A stretch of DNA of 64,000 bases from Yuukianura sp. NJ FZ-2021 (Eukaryota), in the NCBI GenBank assembly GCA_046563655.1, contig CM102283.1, forward strand, positions 4,898,001-4,962,000, given 5' to 3'. How positions within the stretch are numbered: the stretch's first letter is position 1; each line of letters begins with the position of its first letter. A program made the translations under genes and the position numbers. Positions 14,160 to 22,954 of this stretch are shown in pieces. Below the pieces are notes generated by a model that worked only from the letters and a program-made list of their open reading frames with translations, was not told the DNA's origin and did no database searches.

Positions 14160-17100
14160 TCATCGGTCCAGCGTTGGCTCGAACATTGACAGCACTCTTT
14201 GATTTAATATGTGGAGGTTCTTGATAAATGTGAAGTCTTTGGAATGTGAACTGACCCAGACAATTGGACATTGGTGCGGTGGGATGTGCAGATGGTTTCG
14301 GTGTGTATTAGTCTGTGGACAGGCCCATAGAGCGTGGTAGTAAGACAATTGGTCCCCACAGAAACTGCAGTACTTTTCTTTGAACTGGCCGAGGTCAAGC
14401 CATTTTCGGTTGTGGTAGATCTGGTTCATGTTCAGTCGGATCTGAATGACTGTTCTGGTGAGGTAGGCTGGGAACCGTTTAGACAGTAATTCCTTCGCTG
14501 GGAAATCTTTCTCGAGGGTAGAGTAGTGTGGTATAGAACGGGACAGCGATGCCCTTCTTTTGTCTGAATCCCGGTAGAAGTTCGCAAGGTTCTTGATTAC
14601 TGTTTTTGTTTTTGCTCTGATGTCTTGAATGTTTCCACCATCATAGGCGCCCTCTTCCCCGATTGGAGTAAGGGCCGCTCTAAGCTGTAGGCACCAACTG
14701 TATTTTTGGTCAGGGCGGAGTGACGTAACTTTCCTTAGTTGTAGGTATGCGTTTTTGGTGAGGTCAGAACAGGATTTGGAGTGTAATTTTGCGAACAAGG
14801 ACCAGGCTCTTTTGACAATTTCGAATTCTAAAGGAAGAGACTCAGTTTCCAGCCGTATGAAGTACCTGGGAGTAGTGAACGGTAAGTGGAAAACTCGTTT
14901 GTAGTAGTTTTGTTGAACCGTTTCTATTAAGTTAGAGTGGGGTAAACCCCAGGTTTCACAGTTGTATAAGGCTGTGGATTTTACTAGTGAATTTAGTAGC
15001 ATTTTGGCCGTCCATAGGTCGATGTAAGCAGATTTCTTGAGTAAGCCAAAAACTGCTCCTTGTGCTGGAGTTCCTTTCTCTACTGCGGTCTTTGCAGTTT
15101 TTTGGAATGTGCCGTTAGATTGGAAGGTCACACCGAGGTACTTATATTCTGCCACTGTTTCTATTCGAGTTCCATTCCAAAAGAACAGGTCGTCTTTTCG
15201 TAGTCTCCCAGATCGACGGAATGGTACAACCTTTGTTTTTGTGAGGTTGACCTGAAGACCTCTGGCTTTGAAGACGTTGGAGGCGATTTTGATTTTCTCC
15301 TGAAGCAGCTCCTTGGACTGTGCTGTGATGACAAGGTCGTCAGCGTATAAAAGAACATGAATAATACGGGAGCCCAGAGCGTAGCCTTTGAGTAACGAAT
15401 TGGTAAACCTGTTTACGAGGTCTTCAATGAACAGATTGAAAAGGGTGGGACTGGCAGATTCACCTTGGAGCACCCCTTTCATTATTTTAATGGGGTCCGT
15501 GAGTCCTTCGCTGGTGTTAATTTGGGTAGTGGCGTTGTCATAAAGGGACTTGAATACTTTCAGAAATTTGGTTGAGACACCCATATTTCCTAGGACCTCC
15601 CAGAGGAGCGAGTGGTTTGGAGTATCAAAAGCCTGTGACAAGTCGACGAATGCGACATATAACTCCTTTTGTTTCAACATTTGGCATTGGATCATTGCCA
15701 TTAAAGTGAATATGTGGTCAGTGCATGATCTAGATTTTCTGAAGCCCGCTTGAAAATCTGAAATTTTGTTGTTGACATTTATCCAGTTGTTGAGTCTAGT
15801 GTTCAGCACTTTAGTAAACAGTTTTAGTATCGTATTCATCAACGATATTGGACGGTAATTTTGCGGCTGGTCTCTTGGTCCTTTTTTGTGTAATGGGAGT
15901 ATTTGAGTATTACACCAATGATTTGGCAGTATCCCGTTCTGTAGGATATTTTGGAAAAGAGTAACCAGGAATATTAGAAGCTTTGGGGTGGCTGCTTTCC
16001 ATAATTCATTCGGGATTCTGTCAGGACCTGTTGCCTTGCGTGCCTTCAACGACTTTGTCGCCATTCTTATCTCAATTGCTGTAATGTCACGATCTAGTAT
16101 TTCATTTTCTAAGAATGGTGTAAGTGGGAGTAGATGGTTCGGAATGTCACGGACTTTAAGCAGATCCTCGAAGTGTTTGAACCATGTATCCTTCGGAATT
16201 TTGTCTTGTGAGGTTGGTTGAGCTGTGAAGTATTTTACCGCCTTCCAGAAGTTTGCCGGGTGTTTTGATGAGTGGAGATGCGAGACAAAATTGGACAGGA
16301 ACAGAGATTTCTTGTTGACTAGTTGTTGTTTGAATAGTTTCTGGGCTTCTATGTAGCGTTGTGCACATGCCGCTCTATTCTCTTCGTTGCACCTTCTCAA
16401 CTTGCGGAGGGCGTTATTTTTCTTCCATTTCAAGGAGTTCAGCTCCGCGTCAAACCACTTAGGCTTTGGTCTTATTGGTTTTGGCTTCGACTTCTTGTGG
16501 TTACCTGTTATCTTCGCTGTTTCTAGGACTTTTTGTTGTAGTTGAAGGCTAGCTTCATTTGCATCCTTGGTGTCGTAATTCAGGGAAGTCTCAAGAAGTT
16601 TATAGAAGTCGTATTTTGCCATTTTTTCTGTGGGTATTGTTATCTTCTCTTGGGTTAGACCGTTGTGTTTCTGCGGTTGGTTCACCGTTTGCTGGAGTGA
16701 GACGAGCAGAGGGAAGTGGTCGGAGTGATGCCAGTCTAGTATTTTCAAGTCATTAACGTTGTCTCGCCAGTTCTGGGATGTAAGCACAAGGTCTACCACA
16801 CTGCACCCTGCGTTTGCTGGGTTTACCATTGTTATTTCCCCTTGTTCATCTCCTGTTATTGCTCCATTACAAATTGTAAGGTTGCACTCGGCAGCAACTG
16901 ATAGCAGGTTTCTCCCGTTTCCGTTTATCGACTTGTCCTTGCTGTTCCTTTTATACAATGGAGTGGTGTTTCTTTCTCCGGTTCTTGAGTTTAGGTCTCC
17001 TATTAGTAGTGCCGGTTTGTTCGTGAATTTCAGAGTTTCAAGTGTTTCGGTCACTAGTCTTTGGTTGGATTTGTCCGGAGGAATGTAGGCAAATAGCAGG

Positions 17101-17408
17101 AGAAATTGTGATGGGCGGTTGCGCACTGTTAGTAGTATTGAGTGCTCCGTTGTCTCTAGTAAAGTAATTTCTGGATCTATTGAGCTCTGCCATCCAAAAA
17201 TGAAACCCCCGTAAGGACGACCCCTGTCTTGTTTTTTGGCTAGGATTTGATGAACTGTGTATTGTTGCTGTAGTCTGAGGTTTTTATAATTTTCCCATTG
17301 CATTGATTCTGATAGGCAGAAAATAGAAGGTTGGAGTGTCAAGAATTCGTTCCAGAAAGTCGGTCCAAGGTTATTTACACTTTTTGCATTCAAATAGAAG
17401 ATTGTCAT
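14160..17408 (-). CDS. LINE ORF2: apurinic-like endonuclease + reverse transcriptase + C-terminal CCHC motif (1082 aa)
   Basis: APE motifs: YLN, CLSES, AYIPP, GDLNSR, VVDLVL, SDHFPL. RT motifs: KATGPD, NYRPISL, QAGFRKSRS, FVDLSQAFD, GVLQG, LLYADD, YKYLG. C-terminal CSFC...HALWAC. Confidence 0.97.
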   Translation of the reverse strand: MTIFYLNAKSVNNLGPTFWNEFLTLQPSIFCLSESMQWENYKNLRLQQQYTVHQILAKKQDRGRPYGGFIFGWQSSIDPEITLLETTEHSILLTVRNRPSQFLLLFAYIPPDKSNQRLVTETLETLKFTNKPALLIGDLNSRTGERNTTPLYKRNSKDKSINGNGRNLLSVAAECNLTICNGAITGDEQGEITMVNPANAGCSVVDLVLTSQNWRDNVNDLKILDWHHSDHFPLLVSLQQTVNQPQKHNGLTQEKITIPTEKMAKYDFYKLLETSLNYDTKDANEASLQLQQKVLETAKITGNHKKSKPKPIRPKPKWFDAELNSLKWKKNNALRKLRRCNEENRAACAQRYIEAQKLFKQQLVNKKSLFLSNFVSHLHSSKHPANFWKAVKYFTAQPTSQDKIPKDTWFKHFEDLLKVRDIPNHLLPLTPFLENEILDRDITAIEIRMATKSLKARKATGPDRIPNELWKAATPKLLIFLVTLFQNILQNGILPNHWCNTQILPLHKKGPRDQPQNYRPISLMNTILKLFTKVLNTRLNNWINVNNKISDFQAGFRKSRSCTDHIFTLMAMIQCQMLKQKELYVAFVDLSQAFDTPNHSLLWEVLGNMGVSTKFLKVFKSLYDNATTQINTSEGLTDPIKIMKGVLQGESASPTLFNLFIEDLVNRFTNSLLKGYALGSRIIHVLLYADDLVITAQSKELLQEKIKIASNVFKARGLQVNLTKTKVVPFRRSGRLRKDDLFFWNGTRIETVAEYKYLGVTFQSNGTFQKTAKTAVEKGTPAQGAVFGLLKKSAYIDLWTAKMLLNSLVKSTALYNCETWGLPHSNLIETVQQNYYKRVFHLPFTTPRYFIRLETESLPLEFEIVKRAWSLFAKLHSKSCSDLTKNAYLQLRKVTSLRPDQKYSWCLQLRAALTPIGEEGAYDGGNIQDIRAKTKTVIKNLANFYRDSDKRRASLSRSIPHYSTLEKDFPAKELLSKRFPAYLTRTVIQIRLNMNQIYHNRKWLDLGQFKEKYCSFCGDQLSYYHALWACPQTNTHRNHLHIPPHQCPIVWVSSHSKDFTFIKNLHILNQRVLSMFEPTLDR

Positions 17409-17483
17409 GTTGGTTAAAAATGTTTCGCTGCAGGATCCTGTACTTGTTTTATTTGGAAGGTTGTTGATAGGGCGGCCGGGTCC

Positions 17484-18245
17484 TCATTTCGGGGCAGGGA
17501 ATGAGCTTCGAGTGGCCGAAGCAAAGGTTCTGGGAATAGTAGGATTTGATGTTCCTGGCGCTAGAGTTCGGGATTCGGAAGCCCGTTGTCTTAATTCGCG
17601 ATTTTTTTGTCGTTCAAGTCTGGTTTCCACCGTAAGGTCTTCGGTGATGGAGTAAATGTCTTTGTTTTGTATGAACGTCTTCCGAAGCTGAAGAGCTCGC
17701 ATGCGTTGAGCAAATGTCGAAATTCGCACTTTAATTGGACGGGGCTTATCAGATGACGGGTTAAATTTTCCAATTCTGAATGCATCTTCTACGTTGACCG
17801 GAACATTGTAGTGGTTAAAAAAGTTGTTGGTGATGTTCATCGTGTTTTCATTAGTAGTTTCCGAAACTCCGTGGATGAGAATGTTGTTTCGTCTTAGTTC
17901 GTCTGTAAGGCGGGAGTTCATTTTTTTGAGTTGATCAATTTCGTTTTGTTGTTGTCCCGTTTTGGTTTGTAGCTCTTCAATTTGTTCCTGGTATTTCTCA
18001 AGTTTGAATTCGATGGAATCGCATCTCATGTCAATTTTTGTTTCAATTCTTGTTTCCAAGTTTGTAAACATTTTTGTCATTGATTCCAATAAATCGTCGT
18101 TCGAGTGATTAGATCGTTTTGAACTTGGCTCGATTCCAGCGTTTGGTTCCGAATCAGCAGCTCGTTTACTACCCTTATTTTGTGGGAGGAAAGGTAGGGT
18201 GGTTTGCGACATGTTCTGTGACACGGGAGAACGTGAGATTGGCAT
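17484..18245 (-). CDS. LINE ORF1 (coiled coil + RRM-like, L1/Transposase_22-type), 253 aa
   Basis: Heptad-rich coiled coil followed by RRNNILIHGVSE...AFRIGK...PRPIKVR...ITEDLT, typical of this ORF1 class. Lies directly upstream of ORF2. Confidence 0.9.
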   Translation of the reverse strand: MPISRSPVSQNMSQTTLPFLPQNKGSKRAADSEPNAGIEPSSKRSNHSNDDLLESMTKMFTNLETRIETKIDMRCDSIEFKLEKYQEQIEELQTKTGQQQNEIDQLKKMNSRLTDELRRNNILIHGVSETTNENTMNITNNFFNHYNVPVNVEDAFRIGKFNPSSDKPRPIKVRISTFAQRMRALQLRKTFIQNKDIYSITEDLTVETRLERQKNRELRQRASESRTLAPGTSNPTIPRTFASATRSSFPAPK

Positions 18246-18260
18246 CAGCTTTTTATTTTA

Positions 18261-18860
18261 GGTTACTCTACTGAGTTACCTCTTAGGTTACCCTACTGAG
18301 TTACCTTTGACCGTAGGTTACCCTACTGGATTACCTTAGGTTACTCTACTGAGTTACCTTTGACCGTAGGTTACCCTACTGGGTTACCTTAGGTTACTCT
18401 ACTGAGTTACGTTAGACCGTAGGTTACCCTACTGGGTTACCTTAGGTTACTCTACTGAGTTACCTCAGGCCGTAGGTTACCCTACTGGGTTACCTTAGGT
18501 TACTCTACTGAGTTACCTTAGGCCGTAGGTTACCCTACTGGGTTACCTTAGGTTACTCTACTGAGTTACCTTAGGCCGTAGGTTACCCTACTGGGTTACC
18601 TTAGGTTACTCTACTGAGTTACCTTAGGCCGTAGGTTACCCTACTGGGTTACCTTAGGTTACTCTACTGAGTTACCTTAGGCCGTAGGTTACCCTACTGG
18701 GTTACCTTAGGTTACTCTACTGAGTTACCTTAGGCCGTAGGTTACCCTACTGGGTTACCTTAGGTTACTCTACTGAGTTACCTTAGGTTACTCTACTGAG
18801 TTACCTTTGGCCGTAGGTTACCCTACTGTGTTACCTTGGGTTACTCTACTGAGTTACCTT
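18261..18860 (-). repeat. 53-bp tandem repeat (about 11 copies, two hairpin subunits each) in the LINE 5'UTR
   Basis: Unit on + strand: GGTTACTCTACTGAGTTACCTTAGGCCGTAGGTTACCCTACTGGGTTACCTTA. The period is 53 bp (for example 18551 to 18604). Confidence 0.95.
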
Positions 18861-19789
18861 GGGTAGGGAGGGAAATTGGCGTAGGGATAACGTAATTGAG
18901 TGAACTTGAATGACTTGGAGTTGAAGATCGGATGCTGCGATTACTGGATGTGTTCTGAATGGAAGTTGAACGTTGCTACAGTAGTATCTACTGCTGTTAG
19001 ACGATAACTGTTCTATTTTGAGTGTAGACGAGCAGTGTGGTAGTACTAATTCCTCTGTGCCTGTGCACTGTGCAATTAAGAGTCTTGCTGCTGAACGACG
19101 GTAGTGACTTGATGTGCACTTGGACTGTAGAAGGGTCGTCTCGTGTCACTGGACAATTAAAAGTATTGAAACAAATGATGGGTGTCGTAAGCCTTGGGTA
19201 GATTGTAATGCCCTTGGTTTGAAGTGTGTCCTGAGTCTCGTTCAGTGCTTGATTATGAAGTTATCGATGCCTTTGCCGTTTAGTAGTTGATTGTTATTGA
19301 TTACTGGTAGTCTGTTAGCCAGTGATAATTCGTTTGTCACGAGACACAAGAGTATTGCGTTACGTTGATTAATGTTTGTACTTGTCCACGGGAACGAATG
19401 GTCAGCTGATCGAAAAGTACTAAAAAATCCCACAATTACCTCCGTGGTACTGCCAAAAGTAGTATCAGCGTGTTCGTGAAGAGTTCCTCTGCTGAATTCC
19501 AGTTGATTCCAGTGACCAAAGTTAGTTAATTGGTGATTAAAAACGATTAATCAGGGAGCACCACACTATTTTGACTTTTCTCATGGTATTTTTGAAATAT
19601 ATCCGAATCCATTTAATAAATCCAGATTAGCCGTGCGGTTCGGAAATCCTTGTTTTCTTTACACTCCTTGAGCACAAAATCTCGTGTTGAATTTAGTGTG
19701 ACCTCTGTGGTATGAATGAGTCGTCATACCGTCCAGAAGCACACCGAGGACTCAGTGGAGCCTGTCTCGACTGTATGACGGACGGAACA

Positions 19790-20778
19790 CTGGGCTGACA
19801 TTTTGGTACACTTATGACGTCCAAACTTTAGGATAGCACCAAACTTAGGAACAGATAGGACAAACCAGATTTTCGTAAAGATAGGATCCCTGAACCTACT
19901 ATTAACACAGCTTATCGGATTTTAAAATATTGTTAAATAATTACTATTAACAAAAAATATTCCTATAAATAATTAAAAACTTATGATTAAATATAATTAT
20001 TGTATTATATAGTATGGTATAGTACATTAATGTATTAATTAATGCATATTAATTAATGTATATTGCACTATTACATTAGATATAAGTATAGTATATTGTT
20101 TTGAAGTCAAACTTTCACATAAATGTACATTTACATTATAAAATAAACGGTTGTAAACCGGTGTACGGAAGTAGCGAAAAAAAACGCCCCCCCCCTTGGG
20201 GGGATTGGTGGTGGGTTCGCCCCACTTCCCCCCGCGGGGATTGGGGGATGGGTTCCCCCTGCACCTTCCCGCCCTCCCTGGAAGAATGAGGGTGGGTCCC
20301 CCGGGGGAGTGGAGCTGAGTTCCTCCATGGGCAGTGAAGATGAGTTCCCTCCGGGGGAGTGGAAATGGGTTCCCCCCGAAAAAGTGGAGACGGGTTACCC
20401 GTGGGGGAGAGTGGAGATGGGTTCCCTCCAGGGGGTGGAGATGGGTTCCCCCCAGCGGAGTGGAGATGGGTTCCCCCGGGGGAAGTGGAGATGGGTTCTC
20501 CCCTCCGTGGTAATACGACGTTAAAATAAAAAAAAGTTGACCTTTGACCCGGATGCAGGTCACTTGGGGTCATGTGATGTACACAAAAGTTGCTGGTCTC
20601 GATGGGACGAACAGCTTTTGTAGAGGTCATTTTCCATGTTACCGGGGATTAAACCGATTGACCTTTGACCCGGAAGCAGTGGACCCACCGGGATGATATT
20701 CAATAGCGAACATCACCGGATCCCGGAAATGTTGAACCGTTTCCGAGATAATTGCCGGAGACGGCCAGACAGACAGAC

Positions 20779-20809
<31 letters not shown>

Positions 20810-21142
20810 CAGACAGACACACAGACGGACAGACAAACTAGGTCAAACCAATAAGTAGCTTTCGCTACTTAATAATTGTTAGGATTGAGTTAGGACGCGG
20901 AAAGACCGTCCCTAAAGATAGGAGGAATTTTGACAAAGATAGGAAATCATATCTTTTCCAAAATATGGGCGATCCTAAGTACCTATCTCCCATTGCCCAA
21001 CTCCAGACTTAGGACAGTCCTGGGATTCGTATCAAAATACGGCAACTTAGGAAATCTTAGAGGAGTCCCATCTTTTCTCCTAAATAGTTAGGATGGGCCT
21101 GACTTAGGACATCCTAACTTTCGTACAAAAATGTCAGCCCTG
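19790..21142. mobile_element. Non-autonomous TIR element (hAT-like CAGGG terminus) carrying a nested HINE
   Basis: Left CTGGGCTGACATTTTGGTAC versus reverse complement of right CAGGGCTGACATTTTTGTAC (18/20 match). Many subterminal TAGGA/TCCTA motifs. No TSD found. Confidence 0.6.
20140..20872 (-). mobile_element. Helentron-associated non-autonomous element (HINE / DINE-1-like)
   Basis: Minus-strand layout: TT, then subTIR AAGTAGCGAAA with a local inverted repeat (20853-20870), then a (GTCY)n microsatellite (20767-20835), a core with a G/C-rich VNTR, the 3' subTIR TTTCGCTACTT (20169-20179), the hairpin CGGTT-TAC-AACCG (20148-20160) and a T-run. Confidence 0.8.
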
Positions 21143-21392
21143 ATTCCCTCTAAGATATGACCTTCCGTACATGAGGCAATAAAGGCCGATGACCTTCCTC
21201 AGACTAACTCCGGTGAATGGTTTATTGAGGTCACTTCTCTACTGCTTAATCTACTGACCTACAAGGCCTATCCTGCGGTTACACATGCTCTCACAGTTAC
21301 TCCCTATCCTAGTACTTAGTGCTAGTCCCACATAGTGAGTCCTACTCCTACTCCTACTGGGTACTCCTATCCGTACTTCCTACATAATACCT

Positions 21393-21492
21393 NNNNNNNN
21401 NNNNNNNNNNNNNNNNNNNNNNNNNNNNNNNNNNNNNNNNNNNNNNNNNNNNNNNNNNNNNNNNNNNNNNNNNNNNNNNNNNNNNNNNNNNN
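21393..21492. other. Assembly gap (100 N)
   Basis: Run of 100 N. True size and contiguity across it are unknown. Confidence 1.
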
Positions 21493-22954
21493 GGAAATCA
21501 AGAAAAATTTGGGCAGAGTTCTGTTAAGGGGTAAGGAAAATGTGAATTTGGTAACGTTGTTCAATGGTGGGACTAGGTGGGGCAGGCTCAATTCAAAAAA
21601 ATTTTGAAAACCGAAAAATTTCAAACTACTTTAATTTTAGAAAAAATTTTGACAGGGGTTGGGTAGGGATTAACGTTTTTCGAATTTAGGTTATGTTTCA
21701 AAAATTTTCAGACCAAAATTTCAGAAGGGAGGGAAAGTGGAATAGCCTCTTGACCTTTGCAGGGAAGACTGGGGTACTTTAGTTTGGGTGGGGCGTTACG
21801 CTTTTTGAAAAAGAAATTTAAATTTGAAGGAAAACGGCTAAGTTTTTGAAAATTTGAAAAATTTTGAACAGGGGGACGTTAGGATTTTTGAATTTGAACT
21901 TTACGCGGGGCTGCTACTTTTCGTTAAAAAAACGCTCGCGCAGTGGGAGGGGGGATAACCAAAAGAAAACGGCTGACCTTTGTGACCTTGCCTCAATCGG
22001 TCAGTGACTGCACGGAGGAGGCAGTGAAGAAAAGACGAGATGACGTGGAGGCAGGAAGTGATGAGTTGGAGCGTGGACTTGGAGCGTGGAGATGAAGAGT
22101 GGGTGTGACGTGGCGGTTGTGGCTTTTGTCGGCTCCTCGTGGGCTTTTTGGATGATGGTGGCTCGTGGCTACTGGCTACTGGCAGGTTGGTGGCTCGCTC
22201 AGGAGATCTGAAAAAAATCGAGAAAGAATGAGCATGATTTCGAAACCAATATTTTTTCAAATACTGCTATTAAAAAAATTTTGATTAGTTTTTGGAGAGG
22301 TCACGGGGGTCACAGGGCTCCTTGTGGCATGATTCACGATTCGGTTGCGGTGAGGTCACGGTGGCTCGTTTCCCGGCTGAGCATCCCACCTGAGGGGTTG
22401 CAATGCCCCGACGACTGGCACACAGGCCACTCGAACAATAAAGTGGGGCAGAGGTCACGACAATGGCTACAAATGGACAATGAACTTTATTTACTGTAAT
22501 TAGGATACAGTTTACGTTCTACTGAGGGCCAAATGTTGAATTGATGAAGTGTAGTTGTTGGTGGGGCTCGGTCCTGTGCAGGATTGACCAGGTACTGGTC
22601 CGGTGGGGCTTGTAGAGGTCAGTCCGGGTCACAACAGTAGTTCCGGCGTGGTCCAGTGGCCAATCCAAGATGGAGGAGACGTGGAGAGAGAGACGGGACA
22701 AGATCCGGGCAGAGTGACGAGTAGGGAGAGACTGTGTGGAGGAAGAAGTGGACAGTGGTGATGATGATGATGACGGGATGCGTGTCCAAGTGATGGATGA
22801 TGCAACTTCCCGTGCATCTGATTGGTGGGCGAGTGGTTTTGGTGGTGAGGACGTGGAGTTGTTGTTGTGCTGCTGCTGGAAGGACGAAGGGGGAGAAGAA
22901 GGGGGAAAGGGAACCGAAGTGGCTATGGGAGGATTTGTGGGGAATAACCCCCAC

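Larger units (their letters stand above)
13943..19604 (-). mobile_element. Full-length non-LTR retrotransposon (LINE, APE-RT type, RTE-X/L2-like)
   Basis: 13-bp TSD GAATCCATTTAAT at 13930-13942 and 19605-19617. The 3' end on the minus strand is AATAAA followed by an (ATTG)n tail. Two uninterrupted ORFs and a 5'UTR of about 1.36 kb. Confidence 0.95.

Noticed and set aside
18261-18860. LINE 5'UTR palindromic repeats as CRISPR-like repeats or an ORF1 N-terminal extension
   Set aside because: The linkers are near-constant 3- and 10-bp sequences rather than unique spacers, and the minus strand is full of stop codons.
19380-19604. HDV-like or hammerhead ribozyme at the LINE 5' end (known from R2/RTE elements)
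   Set aside because: I could not identify the nested pseudoknot or the CUGAUGA/GAAA core by eye. A covariance-model search would be needed.
20039-20836. Pro/Gly-rich ORFs (174, 164 and 65 aa) and the SVCL-repeat ORF
   Set aside because: These are by-products of the G/C-rich VNTR and (GACA)n microsatellite inside the HINE.
19690-21392. Possible LTR fragments flanking the hAT-like element
   Set aside because: No paired LTR, PBS or PPT is visible, and the sequence runs into the assembly gap.
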